Below are positions 1 through 8,847 of a stretch of DNA of 64,000 nucleotides, one piece after another. This DNA is from a virus. The translations under genes were made by a program, and so were the position numbers. Position 1 is the first letter of the stretch; the number at the start of each line of letters is the position of its first letter. The stretch lies in the IMG/VR virus record IMGVR_UViG_3300017991_000051, positions 1 through 64,000 of that record, one strand, 5' to 3'. The notes under the pieces were generated by a model. It ran no database searches, was not told the origin of the DNA, and saw nothing but the letters and a program-made list of their open reading frames with translations.

Positions 1-226
1 ACTCGTGACCCACCTTTGAAAAGTATTGGTCGATCACTTCCTTCCTGGGCAGATCGGTCGGCATGTCCTCATTGGGAATCTCGCTCTCCCACCACTCCTG
101 AACGTATTCATAGAGTTGGTCGATCAGCCCCCGTTTGGTCCTGGCCGCATACACGTTCTGCCCGTGTCGATGCTCAACCACCGCCATCCACACTTTCATG
201 CTTCACCTCCAGTGCCCGTCGGCAAA

Positions 227-484
227 TCAGCCGACCAGTTGCTCTACTACCGCCTGCATATCCGCGATAGCGCGGTTGAGAACACGAACCGCTTCGTTGA
301 TCTGTTCTTCGTCCGAAGCGTCCGGATCGAACGTCTCGGCCATCTCAATGATAATGAAATGGGCGAGCGTATCCCCGCCGTCACGGTTGTTGCGTGGACG
401 CTCGTGAGCGGAATCCCAATACTCCAGAAGCTGGGCATACGGATATCCGGCCGCCGCCTTGTTTATCAGTTCGTTCAGTCTCAT
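227..484 (-). CDS. hypothetical phage protein
   Basis: 85-aa ORF with an SD-like GAGG upstream, co-oriented with its neighbours. Confidence 0.6.
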   Translation of the reverse strand: MRLNELINKAAAGYPYAQLLEYWDSAHERPRNNRDGGDTLAHFIIIEMAETFDPDASDEEQINEAVRVLNRAIADMQAVVEQLVG

Positions 485-721
485 TTTTCACCTCGCTTTC
501 CCTGTCCGCCCCGTAGCCTCGTGCGAGGGCGGATTGCTTGCCGCAGGACATCTTCCGCGGATTCACCTGTAAGCCAGTTGAAGCCGCAGGTCGCGAAGCC
601 ACGTAGAGTACTGTGTATACGGACGTAATTGCATACGTAACCTCCATATAATGAAAAACCAGCCGGGCACGCCCGGGGGCATGCGCGACTGGTTTCGACA
701 TGTTCAATTTTCTCGCAGGTG

Positions 722-1846
722 CTACTGAGTCTGCTCAGGCGCCTCCGGCGGTTTATGCTCGATGACCATCACCTGCATCTCGTATCCATGGAAGCCGAAG
801 GTCAGGCCCCAATTGCGCACATGGCACACCTCGGGACTCCCGTTCTCCTGCTGCACCGCGATGTGGTACACCTTCTCCACATTCGTCGGCGGGTAGATCC
901 TGCTTCCGTACTTGAAACTCGTATCGTAGACGAGGACCACGACGGCCCCCGTCTTTATCACCTCATGGTAGTGGGTGATCCACTGGCCGCCCTCTTGGTC
1001 GGTGATGGCGACTTGTACCTTCGGAGGCGGGCCCTCCGGATCCTTCTCTTCCGGTTGCGGATCAGGCTCCGGCGCTGGTGCTGGTGGTGCCGGCACCTCA
1101 TGCTGCACCTCGAGGATCCCCGGCCGCTCCGGCTGCAACCTGTCGGTTATCGCCCCGACAATTTGGGGTATGATCGCGCCGACGCTCTGATCGATGATAC
1201 CCGGCAAGATTTTGGAACACTGCTGTGCTATTTGGTCCTCCACGGAAACGGTCTCCGGTTCCTCCGCCGGTTCCGGTGCTGCCTCCGCAGCCGTCGGCTG
1301 TGTAGCCTTCGCAGTCTTCGTGGACTTCGCCGTTGAACTGGACTTCTTCGCCATGGCCTTATCTCCTCCCTTCACGGTTTCTTTCGAAAGCTTTTCGTAT
1401 GCGGCCGTCGGATCGTCCGTGCCCACCACGGCATCGACAACAGCCTTGCGATCCCGCATGTCCTCCGCGCGGATGATGATGCCGCCGTCCGGCCGGTCCG
1501 GATCGATGATCATCGGGATCTCGACCTTCTCACCCATCTGTGCGCCGTGCTCGCCTTTATGGCTGGGGATCTTGATTGAGCCTGGAAGGTCGGGGGATAC
1601 GTCGTACCCCTCATGAATCTCGCGCTTGATACCCGTCTGCTTGTTCTCCTCCCAGCGGGTAGAATCCGGCACAGTCTGAATGGGCGCCATGGGGTCTCCT
1701 CCTTGTATGATGTACGGTTCCATACGCTGGGTGCAAGTGTAGTACCCTGTGGGACGGAATGCAACACAAAAATTGCCCGTACCCTCGAATGGAGGGGGGA
1801 GCGCCGTCAGGCGCCTCCCCCCGACACTCTCTATCTTCACACGCAC
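722..1846 (-). CDS. hypothetical protein with Ala/Pro/Glu-rich linker
   Basis: 374-aa ORF; exact start uncertain. Confidence 0.65.
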   Translation of the reverse strand: MRVKIESVGGRRLTALPPPFEGTGNFCVAFRPTGYYTCTQRMEPYIIQGGDPMAPIQTVPDSTRWEENKQTGIKREIHEGYDVSPDLPGSIKIPSHKGEHGAQMGEKVEIPMIIDPDRPDGGIIIRAEDMRDRKAVVDAVVGTDDPTAAYEKLSKETVKGGDKAMAKKSSSTAKSTKTAKATQPTAAEAAPEPAEEPETVSVEDQIAQQCSKILPGIIDQSVGAIIPQIVGAITDRLQPERPGILEVQHEVPAPPAPAPEPDPQPEEKDPEGPPPKVQVAITDQEGGQWITHYHEVIKTGAVVVLVYDTSFKYGSRIYPPTNVEKVYHIAVQQENGSPEVCHVRNWGLTFGFHGYEMQVMVIEHKPPEAPEQTQ

Positions 1847-1904
1847 GGCAACGCCGGAAGTGTGTGATACTATCGAAGATAGTATTATAGCGGACTATCC
1901 GTAA

Positions 1905-2471
1905 TCATTTTTGAGAATCGGGACCGCTGTAGCAGAAGAAATCTCGCACTGTGGTAGCCGCCTCCTGCTCATCACGCACGTGTGCGCTGATGCACTTTGC
2001 GTTGAAGGGGTGCCTCGCGTAGAAACCCACCTCCTCGCCGACGATGGCGATGACCGGCATGTTGAAGACGTACTCGCACCAGCATAGCTCATGGATCGTG
2101 CCGATGGGCGGCTTCTCCGGCGTTATCAGCGCCAAGTTTACGACGGTGAGTTGACATCCCTTCATCAGTTGGAAGTCCTTTAGGGGCAGAAGCCCCTGCG
2201 AACGCTGAAGCGCCAACTTCTTGAACTCAGCGCCGTCGCCGTCAGAATCGGATGACAGCCGCTGATTGAAGTTGTTGAGGCATGGATCTACGGTAACGAC
2301 GTCGAGGTCCTTGACCGCCTCGGTAAACCGCATTCGCCACAGGTATGTCTCACGGTTGGCAGAGATATTGCCGGACAGGTAAATGTGAAGTCGCTTATCT
2401 TCGATCAAATCGAGTCTCCTTTCGGGCTGATAAACGGGAGGCGGCCACCATTGACCGCCTCCCGGTAACAC
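1905..2471 (-). CDS. nucleoside 2-deoxyribosyltransferase-like protein
   Basis: IYLSG strand, D...MKGCQLTVVNL and PIGTIHEL motifs typical of the NDT/Rcl fold. Confidence 0.7.
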   Translation of the reverse strand: MLPGGGQWWPPPVYQPERRLDLIEDKRLHIYLSGNISANRETYLWRMRFTEAVKDLDVVTVDPCLNNFNQRLSSDSDGDGAEFKKLALQRSQGLLPLKDFQLMKGCQLTVVNLALITPEKPPIGTIHELCWCEYVFNMPVIAIVGEEVGFYARHPFNAKCISAHVRDEQEAATTVRDFFCYSGPDSQK

Positions 2472-3308
2472 TCATTTGGCCGCCATCTTAAGCGGTCGTT
2501 CCTTAACTCCCCGCATTTTGTAGCGTTGCCGTCGTAGGCGCATGAGACACTTCCCGAAGGAGTTCTCAACACCACCGGCCTCATAGCGTAGGAGTCCTGG
2601 CAAATAGGGTTTGCAGTCACTAAGCAGTTTAGTGCATGCACTCGTCTTCGCAAACGCGTAGGCGCTACGATGTAGGTTGTTGTACACCTTGACGCAGTTG
2701 CATATCCGTCGGAAGTAGTCCGTCCTAGCACGACAACCCCAAAAGATCTGCCACTCGCGCTTGGTGACCTCACGTATCTTCTGGTAGATGCCATCTTGAA
2801 GGAAGGCTAACGCCGGCCATAGCATGTTGCACGGCACCACGCCGTCGCGGATCTTGCTCTTGGCCCTCGTTGCCTTACTCCGGACGCACCGAATAGCCTT
2901 CACCGGGTCGTAACGCAGATATATGTCACGCCGTACCAACCCGACGGATAGATACTCGTCGGCGGTCAGGGACCATACGCCTTCATAACGTACGCCCCCG
3001 TCCATCTTCGCGACTTCCACCAGCTTATCCATAGACGCATCGCGCTCGACGACCGGGAAGTCGTATACGCATACGCGACCTCGGTACTCACGTGCCACAC
3101 GGCTGTATCCGCTGAGAGTGGGATACCGCGCTTCAAGGATCGCAATCAGTTCCCCCGTTGACTCCACGAACTCGGGGTCCTCGGCGGCAAGGATTTCGTC
3201 CATTTTGTCGGTAATCTTCCACGTCTCAGATGACGTGTAAACAGGGTCGCGTCCTTGGCCCCACAGCTTGGTTTCTTTTCTTACGCGGACAGCTGCACGT
3301 CGCGGCAT
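2472..3308 (-). CDS. hypothetical basic protein
   Basis: 278-aa ORF tightly packed between neighbours. Confidence 0.65.
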   Translation of the reverse strand: MPRRAAVRVRKETKLWGQGRDPVYTSSETWKITDKMDEILAAEDPEFVESTGELIAILEARYPTLSGYSRVAREYRGRVCVYDFPVVERDASMDKLVEVAKMDGGVRYEGVWSLTADEYLSVGLVRRDIYLRYDPVKAIRCVRSKATRAKSKIRDGVVPCNMLWPALAFLQDGIYQKIREVTKREWQIFWGCRARTDYFRRICNCVKVYNNLHRSAYAFAKTSACTKLLSDCKPYLPGLLRYEAGGVENSFGKCLMRLRRQRYKMRGVKERPLKMAAK

Positions 3309-3310
3309 GG

Positions 3311-3982
3311 TTAGCTCTTCCTGCAGCGTGCCGGAAGCGCCGGCAGCTTGCTGACGGTTACAGTGTTCAACTGTGTCAGAAGGGCCTTGCCCTCCTTCGA
3401 CTTGTTGAGGCTCGCAACGGCCATCTGCGCGCGGGCCCGACGTTCGAGCAGAGCGATCTTGCCCTGTTCCTTGTTGATCGTCGTCAGTACGCGTTTCGCG
3501 CCTATGAGGTCGTCCGTCAGGCGATCCCGCTCCTTCAGCAGCTTCTTCAGCGCTGCGGGCAACGGCTTCTTCACCTTCGACGTGAGGGAGTCGCGGCTGT
3601 AGTAGTTTTCCTTCTGCTTGATGACCACCTCGACCAGTACACGCGCGGAACCTTGTGTAGGCTCGTCGAGACTGCTCGTGACCTCCTTGCTGAGATTCTT
3701 GAACCCAGCCTTGGTCAGCGCGGTCATCGCCGCATCGATCGCCGTCGTCGAATGTTTCTTCGCGACGTCCTGCCCACTCTTGACGATCTTCTGGTTCAGT
3801 TCCTGCAACTCCTCGGACATCGATTTGATAGCCTCGTCGGCTTCCGCCCTCGCGGTCTCGAGATCCGATTCACGCTTCGCGACCGCAATCGCCAACACGT
3901 CTTCTTTGTCGATGCCGACGGAGGTGTAGATTCCCTCCCGCAGTCCCGGTAGTGTTTCCATCGTACCTGCTTCTTCTGTCAT
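3311..3982 (-). CDS. hypothetical coiled-coil protein
   Basis: 223-aa ORF, AGGAG SD, heptad-rich. Confidence 0.65.
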   Translation of the reverse strand: MTEEAGTMETLPGLREGIYTSVGIDKEDVLAIAVAKRESDLETARAEADEAIKSMSEELQELNQKIVKSGQDVAKKHSTTAIDAAMTALTKAGFKNLSKEVTSSLDEPTQGSARVLVEVVIKQKENYYSRDSLTSKVKKPLPAALKKLLKERDRLTDDLIGAKRVLTTINKEQGKIALLERRARAQMAVASLNKSKEGKALLTQLNTVTVSKLPALPARCRKS

Positions 3983-4004
3983 GACTGTTCAATGCTCCTA
4001 TGGT

Positions 4005-5048
4005 TTATTTTGCTGCCAAGCGGCCGGCATCACCGTGCACGGGCCACCCGAAGTCGGCACGTCGCCACTTCATTGTATGACCGAGTTTTTCGATCACGTA
4101 CAGCTCCCTCGTGGGCAGACCCTCGTGGGTACGCCACTGTTCCCATAGGTGCGCAAGAAACACCTTCTTCACAATGCGCAGGGCAGCGAAGTAGCACCGG
4201 CCTTTGGGCCAGTCTTCCTTCTTGTCGTACTTCGCCCGCGCCTCATCGTAGACCCGGCGGTAGTGATAACCATCACCCGTCCGGATCAAACTCTCTGCGA
4301 TCTGATGCATGGTCACCTTCAACCGTGCGTTGTAGTGCAGGACTTCCCCTGCCACCGCGCGCTCAGCCGAGCGCCCGAGGGCAACGAGTTTCCCGTCCTT
4401 GATAAGCTGTCCGACGCTGACACCCTCGCCGAAGCGGGGGACGCTGACGAACAGTCGGTTCTTCTCCGTGTGGTAGGTGTACTTCTTACCGCCCTCGTCC
4501 ACGACTTGGGAGTGCATCCACTCGTCGGGCTCGCACGGAGTAACCTTCTTCGCCTTGATGAGGGCCTCTACGGTCTTGCCCCCGAAAGCTTCCTTCTTCG
4601 TGGTGAGGACATCGGAGTCCTGAGTGTACGGGTACTTCGCGTACTTACCATCCTTGTTCTTCTCCGCCTCGCGAGCCCACAACACCGGCGCATAGCCGGA
4701 GAAGCGCCACAACTTGCTGACGGTATCGGAACGGAAGATGTTGATGAGGACATACAGCTTCGCCGCCGAAAAGTAATCGATACCCTTCAGCTCCACGAGA
4801 TCCTCAACGATATGTACACCCTTCACGAGGCCGATCACGTCGCTGCGCAGAGACTTCTCCGTCTCCGCGAACTGCGTGAGGTACTTCTCCAACAGCGCCC
4901 TCTGCGCCGGGTCAGTACTGTCGTCGGCACCCTGCATGATCGCCCTTATCTGACTCTCGAGCCTGCAGCGATCCTTCTGGAACTGCCAGAATGTATCCAG
5001 CAGCGTTCTGGTGATGGCTCGTCCTCTATGCCAGTCCATGAATCCCAT
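4005..5048 (-). CDS. Nop-domain / IS110 C-terminal-like RNA-binding protein (TIGR-Tas TasA-like, no nuclease domain seen)
   Basis: coiled coil, then LKGID..SAAKL, SKLWRFSGYAP, YNARLK, YRRVYD, AALRIVKKVFLAHLW..WR..EGLP; about 110-aa insertion after SGYAP; no N-terminal DEDD/RuvC motif; GGAGG SD before the ATG at 5048. Confidence 0.7.
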   Translation of the reverse strand: MGFMDWHRGRAITRTLLDTFWQFQKDRCRLESQIRAIMQGADDSTDPAQRALLEKYLTQFAETEKSLRSDVIGLVKGVHIVEDLVELKGIDYFSAAKLYVLINIFRSDTVSKLWRFSGYAPVLWAREAEKNKDGKYAKYPYTQDSDVLTTKKEAFGGKTVEALIKAKKVTPCEPDEWMHSQVVDEGGKKYTYHTEKNRLFVSVPRFGEGVSVGQLIKDGKLVALGRSAERAVAGEVLHYNARLKVTMHQIAESLIRTGDGYHYRRVYDEARAKYDKKEDWPKGRCYFAALRIVKKVFLAHLWEQWRTHEGLPTRELYVIEKLGHTMKWRRADFGWPVHGDAGRLAAK

Positions 5049-5491
5049 TACTGATCGTCCTCCTTCTCCAACGTGACTGCACGCTTCTCCGGTGGAATTA
5101 CCAGACGCACGTCCCGCAGCCACTGCGGTTTGTAATACCCTTTGAGATGGTTCCACAACTCGACGACGTCGACGATGCTCTTCCCCGTGAACTCAACGTC
5201 CCACGCTGCCTCCCGGTGCGTACCCGACTGTTTGTTGCGTACCTTCCCCCAGCGTAGACGCTGGGCCGACAACTTCCTCCCGATCTTCTTCGAGAAGAGG
5301 TCGAGCGGAGAACAGTACGCGAATGCGATCCGGATCATTCCCTCCGGAATCGCTGGCGTCTCCTCCGACGCCTCCTTCGGTCCGATCGCATAAGCGGCGG
5401 TGATGATGCCGTTGTGCTTCGCCCCGTTCGTTCGTCCGAAATAGTAGTGACCGATCATTTCCTTTACTCCTCCGGTATCTTGCGTATCCAT
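5048..5491 (-). CDS. conserved phage hypothetical protein
   Basis: AFAYCSPLDLFSKKIGR motif of a kind seen in small phage proteins; start could be 5458. Confidence 0.55.
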   Translation of the reverse strand: MDTQDTGGVKEMIGHYYFGRTNGAKHNGIITAAYAIGPKEASEETPAIPEGMIRIAFAYCSPLDLFSKKIGRKLSAQRLRWGKVRNKQSGTHREAAWDVEFTGKSIVDVVELWNHLKGYYKPQWLRDVRLVIPPEKRAVTLEKEDDQ

Positions 5492-5703
5492 GTATGACTG
5501 CGGAGACGCTCGAATACCGCTTCCAACGGTTCTGACTGTACGTCAACGGACACTTCTCATCCGTCTCCCAACTTGAAATACCGATGCAGGTGGTAGCCAT
5601 GCTCACCCTGCAGTACGACGAAGAGGAGCGACAAGGTGTCCGGTATCTCAACCAGCAACTTGAGGCTCTTCTCCCACTGTTTTCTCAGTTTGCGAAGCGA
5701 CAT
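5464..5703 (-). pseudogene. 80-codon ORF interrupted by an in-frame TGA at 5557-5559
   Basis: AGGAGG SD + ATG 5703; the frame continues ...FKLGDG*EVSVDVQ... to TAA at 5464. Confidence 0.45.
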
Positions 5704-5862
5704 AGTTCCTCCTGAAAAGTGAAGGCCCGGCGGGCGTAACCCGCCGAGCCGTTTAGGTCCGCCCAGGCAAGATTCATCTCATTCCCGCGGTTGCCATCGC
5801 GGCTGAGGTCAGTTCATTCTGCGAGGCGGGGAGGCTTTGCCAGACCAACCAGCCCCGATCGT

Positions 5863-5900
5863 AAATAGGCCCGGGAGGTTTAATGTCGCCCGGGTCGACA
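5863..5900 (-). repeat. orphan copy of the array pseudoknot repeat
   Basis: minus strand tgtcga-cccggg-cgac-attaaacct-cccggg-cctattt, same two stems as the 7606-8771 repeats. Confidence 0.8.
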
Positions 5901-5987
5901 TCTGCGCCTTTACCTACGAATGCCACAACGTAGATATTGTCTGGTAAATAGGGAGCCCAGCGGGCGTGAACCCGCTGGGGTGAAAAA

Positions 5988-6542
5988 CTACTTGGCTGCT
6001 TTACGTACCAGCCTACGGAACAGCTTGTTTGCCTCTGCACGCACGCCCGCCAGCTCGCTGAGCGTACGATATTTGTTGATGAATGCCCGCAACTCGAGTA
6101 GAGCCTCATCGAGAACGTTGTAGCGTTCAATTGGGTCCGAAAGGCTCTGGCTCTCTGATGCGTACACACGGACCGGTCTTCCCGACCCACCAACCAACCC
6201 TGTATGGATCATCGCGGTTACGCGCCAGCTACGCTCTTCCTCTTCACCGTTCGCACGGATGACTACCTTCGTCACTGCGGCCATGATGTACTTGGCTTGT
6301 GACTCCCAGCACGTCTGTGCAGCTTGATGTATATTCCACGTGAACTCGGCGTGGAGCGGACACTTCGGATCCTTCGCCAACTCGACGACATCCCTCACAG
6401 TGTACTTCTTTTTGTTAGCCAGTTTGTCGATGAACTGACCAATCTTTTGGATATCGCCCTTGACGTGGTAGCCAGATCGCTTACGGTATTCGATACGCGC
6501 CCGGCGCCGCGTAGATTTCTTCGCCTTCTTCTTTGTAGCCAT
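5988..6542 (-). CDS. conserved partner protein of the phage Cas7/RAMP-like gene
   Basis: VVELAKDPKCPLHAEFTW...AA....QAKYI and ALLELRAF..KY..LSEL motifs; directly downstream of the RAMP-like gene. Confidence 0.7.
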   Translation of the reverse strand: MATKKKAKKSTRRRARIEYRKRSGYHVKGDIQKIGQFIDKLANKKKYTVRDVVELAKDPKCPLHAEFTWNIHQAAQTCWESQAKYIMAAVTKVVIRANGEEEERSWRVTAMIHTGLVGGSGRPVRVYASESQSLSDPIERYNVLDEALLELRAFINKYRTLSELAGVRAEANKLFRRLVRKAAK

Positions 6543-6610
6543 CGTATCCCTTTCTCAGCATTGTTGGGAGGGGGCCGGCACAATGAGTGCCGACCCCCTC
6601 GGAAATGGAC

Positions 6611-7360
6611 TTACTTCGCAGCCTTCTTCGTCAGCTGTGAAGGCGGCGTGAAGTAATGCAACGGAATCTCACCGTCCTTCTTCACGCGCGCAACCGCGTC
6701 CTTCATCTGCTTCTGGAACAGCTTCTCGTCCGCGGCGCCGGTACCGACATGGAACAGGCCGTACTGGCCAGTACCCGTGCTGGTCTTGCCCTGCGGGCGC
6801 CAGTCGCCGATCCCTACGTGGAAACCAGCGTGCTGGATCAGATTCAACACCTGTTCCTTATTCAGAACATTGGCGTTGAAGTTGATGGTCGCCGTGATCT
6901 TCCACGGCCAAAACTGCGGCCGGTAGCGAAGATCCATGACACCGCTCGCTAAGCGGACGGTATCCTCACGGCATGTACGCACGCCTTCGATATGCACCAA
7001 CGCACCCAGTGGGTCGTCGGCGTCGAACTGGACGAAGCACGCGCCCTTCGTCTGGGCCATGGCTACGCCATCGACGTACCGGCACGCCTCGATCATGCTC
7101 TTCTTGATGCAGATCGCGGGGATGCCGAAGCTGCCATCGGGAAACCAGTAGGTTGCCTGATGGTACTCCCCTTGAACGTCGCGGTCGGATTTGGCCAGTT
7201 TCGGCCAGCCCTGCTGCTTCGACCGAATGGAGTTCTTACTGGTGTCCGTCGGCTGGTTGGTGATGAGTGGAGAGTCACCGTACATGATGTACTCCGCCAT
7301 CTCCCGAACCATCTTCGGGACGTCGATTATTGCTGCTTGTTGTTTTGCTTTCGCTGGCAT
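6611..7360 (-). CDS. stand-alone Cas7/RAMP-fold protein (Vipr-like putative RNA-guided effector)
   Basis: N-terminal strand + GDSPLI, GIPAICIKKSMIEA helix, DLRYRP.F.PW, C-terminal Gly-rich loop AGFHVGIGDWRP...GQYGLFHV; GAAAGGT SD before ATG 7360. Confidence 0.8.
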   Translation of the reverse strand: MPAKAKQQAAIIDVPKMVREMAEYIMYGDSPLITNQPTDTSKNSIRSKQQGWPKLAKSDRDVQGEYHQATYWFPDGSFGIPAICIKKSMIEACRYVDGVAMAQTKGACFVQFDADDPLGALVHIEGVRTCREDTVRLASGVMDLRYRPQFWPWKITATINFNANVLNKEQVLNLIQHAGFHVGIGDWRPQGKTSTGTGQYGLFHVGTGAADEKLFQKQMKDAVARVKKDGEIPLHYFTPPSQLTKKAAK

Positions 7361-7488
7361 CGATGTACCTTTCGTAGTTGTAGGACCGCACAGAATCACA
7401 ATCGCTCCGCGCTAATCCAATAGTTGTTCGATACACTCGTCAACACCTGTACCCTGTAGCTTTACCTCCTTTCATTGGGTGGGTTGAG

Positions 7489-7520
7489 GGCGGAGGGACC
7501 AGATGTTACGTCCCTCCGCC
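7489..7520 (-). terminator. GC-rich hairpin closing the 3' end of the array
   Basis: ggcggagggac-N10-gtccctccgcc perfect 11-bp inverted repeat. Confidence 0.5.
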
Positions 7521-8846
7521 ATACTTACCTGAACGGGCCGGGCCGGACCTTGACTCGGCTAACCTTGCAACTGCATTCCACGCGGCTGACCAGCCTCCAT
7601 AGATAAGTAGGCCTGGGGTTTAGCGTCTCCCAGGAAGACACAACCGTCCTCGACGGGCCCCCGCCTGTCCCCTCATCACGGCGGCTAACAGCACCACGTC
7701 AAATCCGTAGCAGAAAATGGATCTGGGGTTTTGCGTCTCCCAGAAGGACAGAACAACACAAGGACTGACGAGGCCATAACTCACCGTCCTCACAGTAGCA
7801 GGCCTTACCCGACCCGACCTTTCCGTATCAGAAAAATAGGCCCGGGTTGTTTAGCGTCGCCTGGGACGACAAAAACTCACCCGACCTTTCCGTCATCAAC
7901 ATGCCGTGACGTTCGCCTACAAACGAGGCCACACCTTATCAAAATGAAATTGGCCTGGGGTTTTGCGTCTCCCAGGAAGACAGCACGAAACTAGCCCGAC
8001 AGTACCCGACACCAACCTAACTTACCCAGCCTCTACACGCGCAGCCGTGTCAAACGAAATAGGCCCGGGGTTTCGCGTCTCCCGGGAAGACAGGTACGTG
8101 GCCAGAACTAACCTCACGCACGACAACAGGCACGACCCGACCTGACCCAACCTGACCTCGTCAAAGAAAATAAGCCTAGGATGTTTAGCGTCGCCTAGGA
8201 CGACATCAACTCAACATACCGTGCCCGGCATGACCAGACTGCGCCGAACCCCGCCAAGCTGCACCAGGTCAAATGAAATAGGCCTGGGGTTTTACGTCTC
8301 CCAGGAAGACAAGTGGACGTACCTTGGCCGGCATTACCAGACCAAACTACGCCGCGGCAAGCCCGACCAAACCTCGTCAAATGAAATAGGCCCGGGGTTT
8401 CGCGTCTCCCGGGAAGACAATGCTCACAGCGCTATAGCATGCCGCAGCTCGCCCGAACAGGCGGCAACAGACCGAACCCAACGGCGCCCCTCCCAGCCGT
8501 GTCATAATAAATAAGCCCAGGGTTTTACGTCTCCTGGGAAGACAAGCTTTACGGACCCAGCCCGAACGTGCCTTACGAACGCTGACTTAACCAGCCTCTG
8601 CAGGCCGCCCCATACCTTAGCAAAGAAAGTAGGCCCGGGATTTAGCGTCTCCTGGGAAGACAGCTCGGGCCGTACCTTGCCGTCATTACCGTACTACACC
8701 ACGACTCAACTAGCCCGACCAAACCTCGTCAAATAAAATAGGCCCGGGATTTAGCGTCGCCCGGGACGACATACCCGTAACAAACCGAATCTTTCCATAG
8801 GCGAACCTACAGCGACGAACCCAGCCTAACCTAGTCAAATGAAATA
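7521..8846 (-). ncRNA. array of 12 putative guide RNAs built from GGY-NN pentamers, separated by 11 pseudoknot repeats
   Basis: about 40-nt repeats end (+ strand) at 7640, 7750, 7871, 7982, 8092, 8205, 8311, 8419, 8544, 8662 and 8771 (period 106-125 nt); intervening segments are 5-nt periodic, e.g. 8206-8270 minus: gacCT ggtGC agcTT ggcGG ggtTC ggcGC agtCT ggtCA tgcCG ggcAC ggtAT gttGA gttGA. Confidence 0.85.
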
Positions 8847-8847
8847 A

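Noticed and set aside
4005-5048. Active IS110 transposase
   Set aside because: No N-terminal DEDD domain or element ends; embedded in a phage operon
3940-5990. Canonical TIGR dual-repeat array
   Set aside because: No ~36-nt tandem unit with two 9-nt spacers could be identified by eye
8420-8503. Assigning targets to the remaining guides (e.g. TWGAWSLALREA, KRRKLTDTEILQL)
   Set aside because: Any dinucleotide string translates to something; without a recognisable family motif or a database search these decodings are not evidence
7731-8514. Short ORFs over the array (7731-7994, 7963-8145, 8195-8380, 8221-8514)
   Set aside because: Low-complexity translations of the periodic RNA, no SD, and frames not preserved between units
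7521-8846. Canonical CRISPR array
   Set aside because: Repeats are degenerate, spacers are 65-85 nt and internally 5-nt periodic, and no cas1/cas2/cas6 is present
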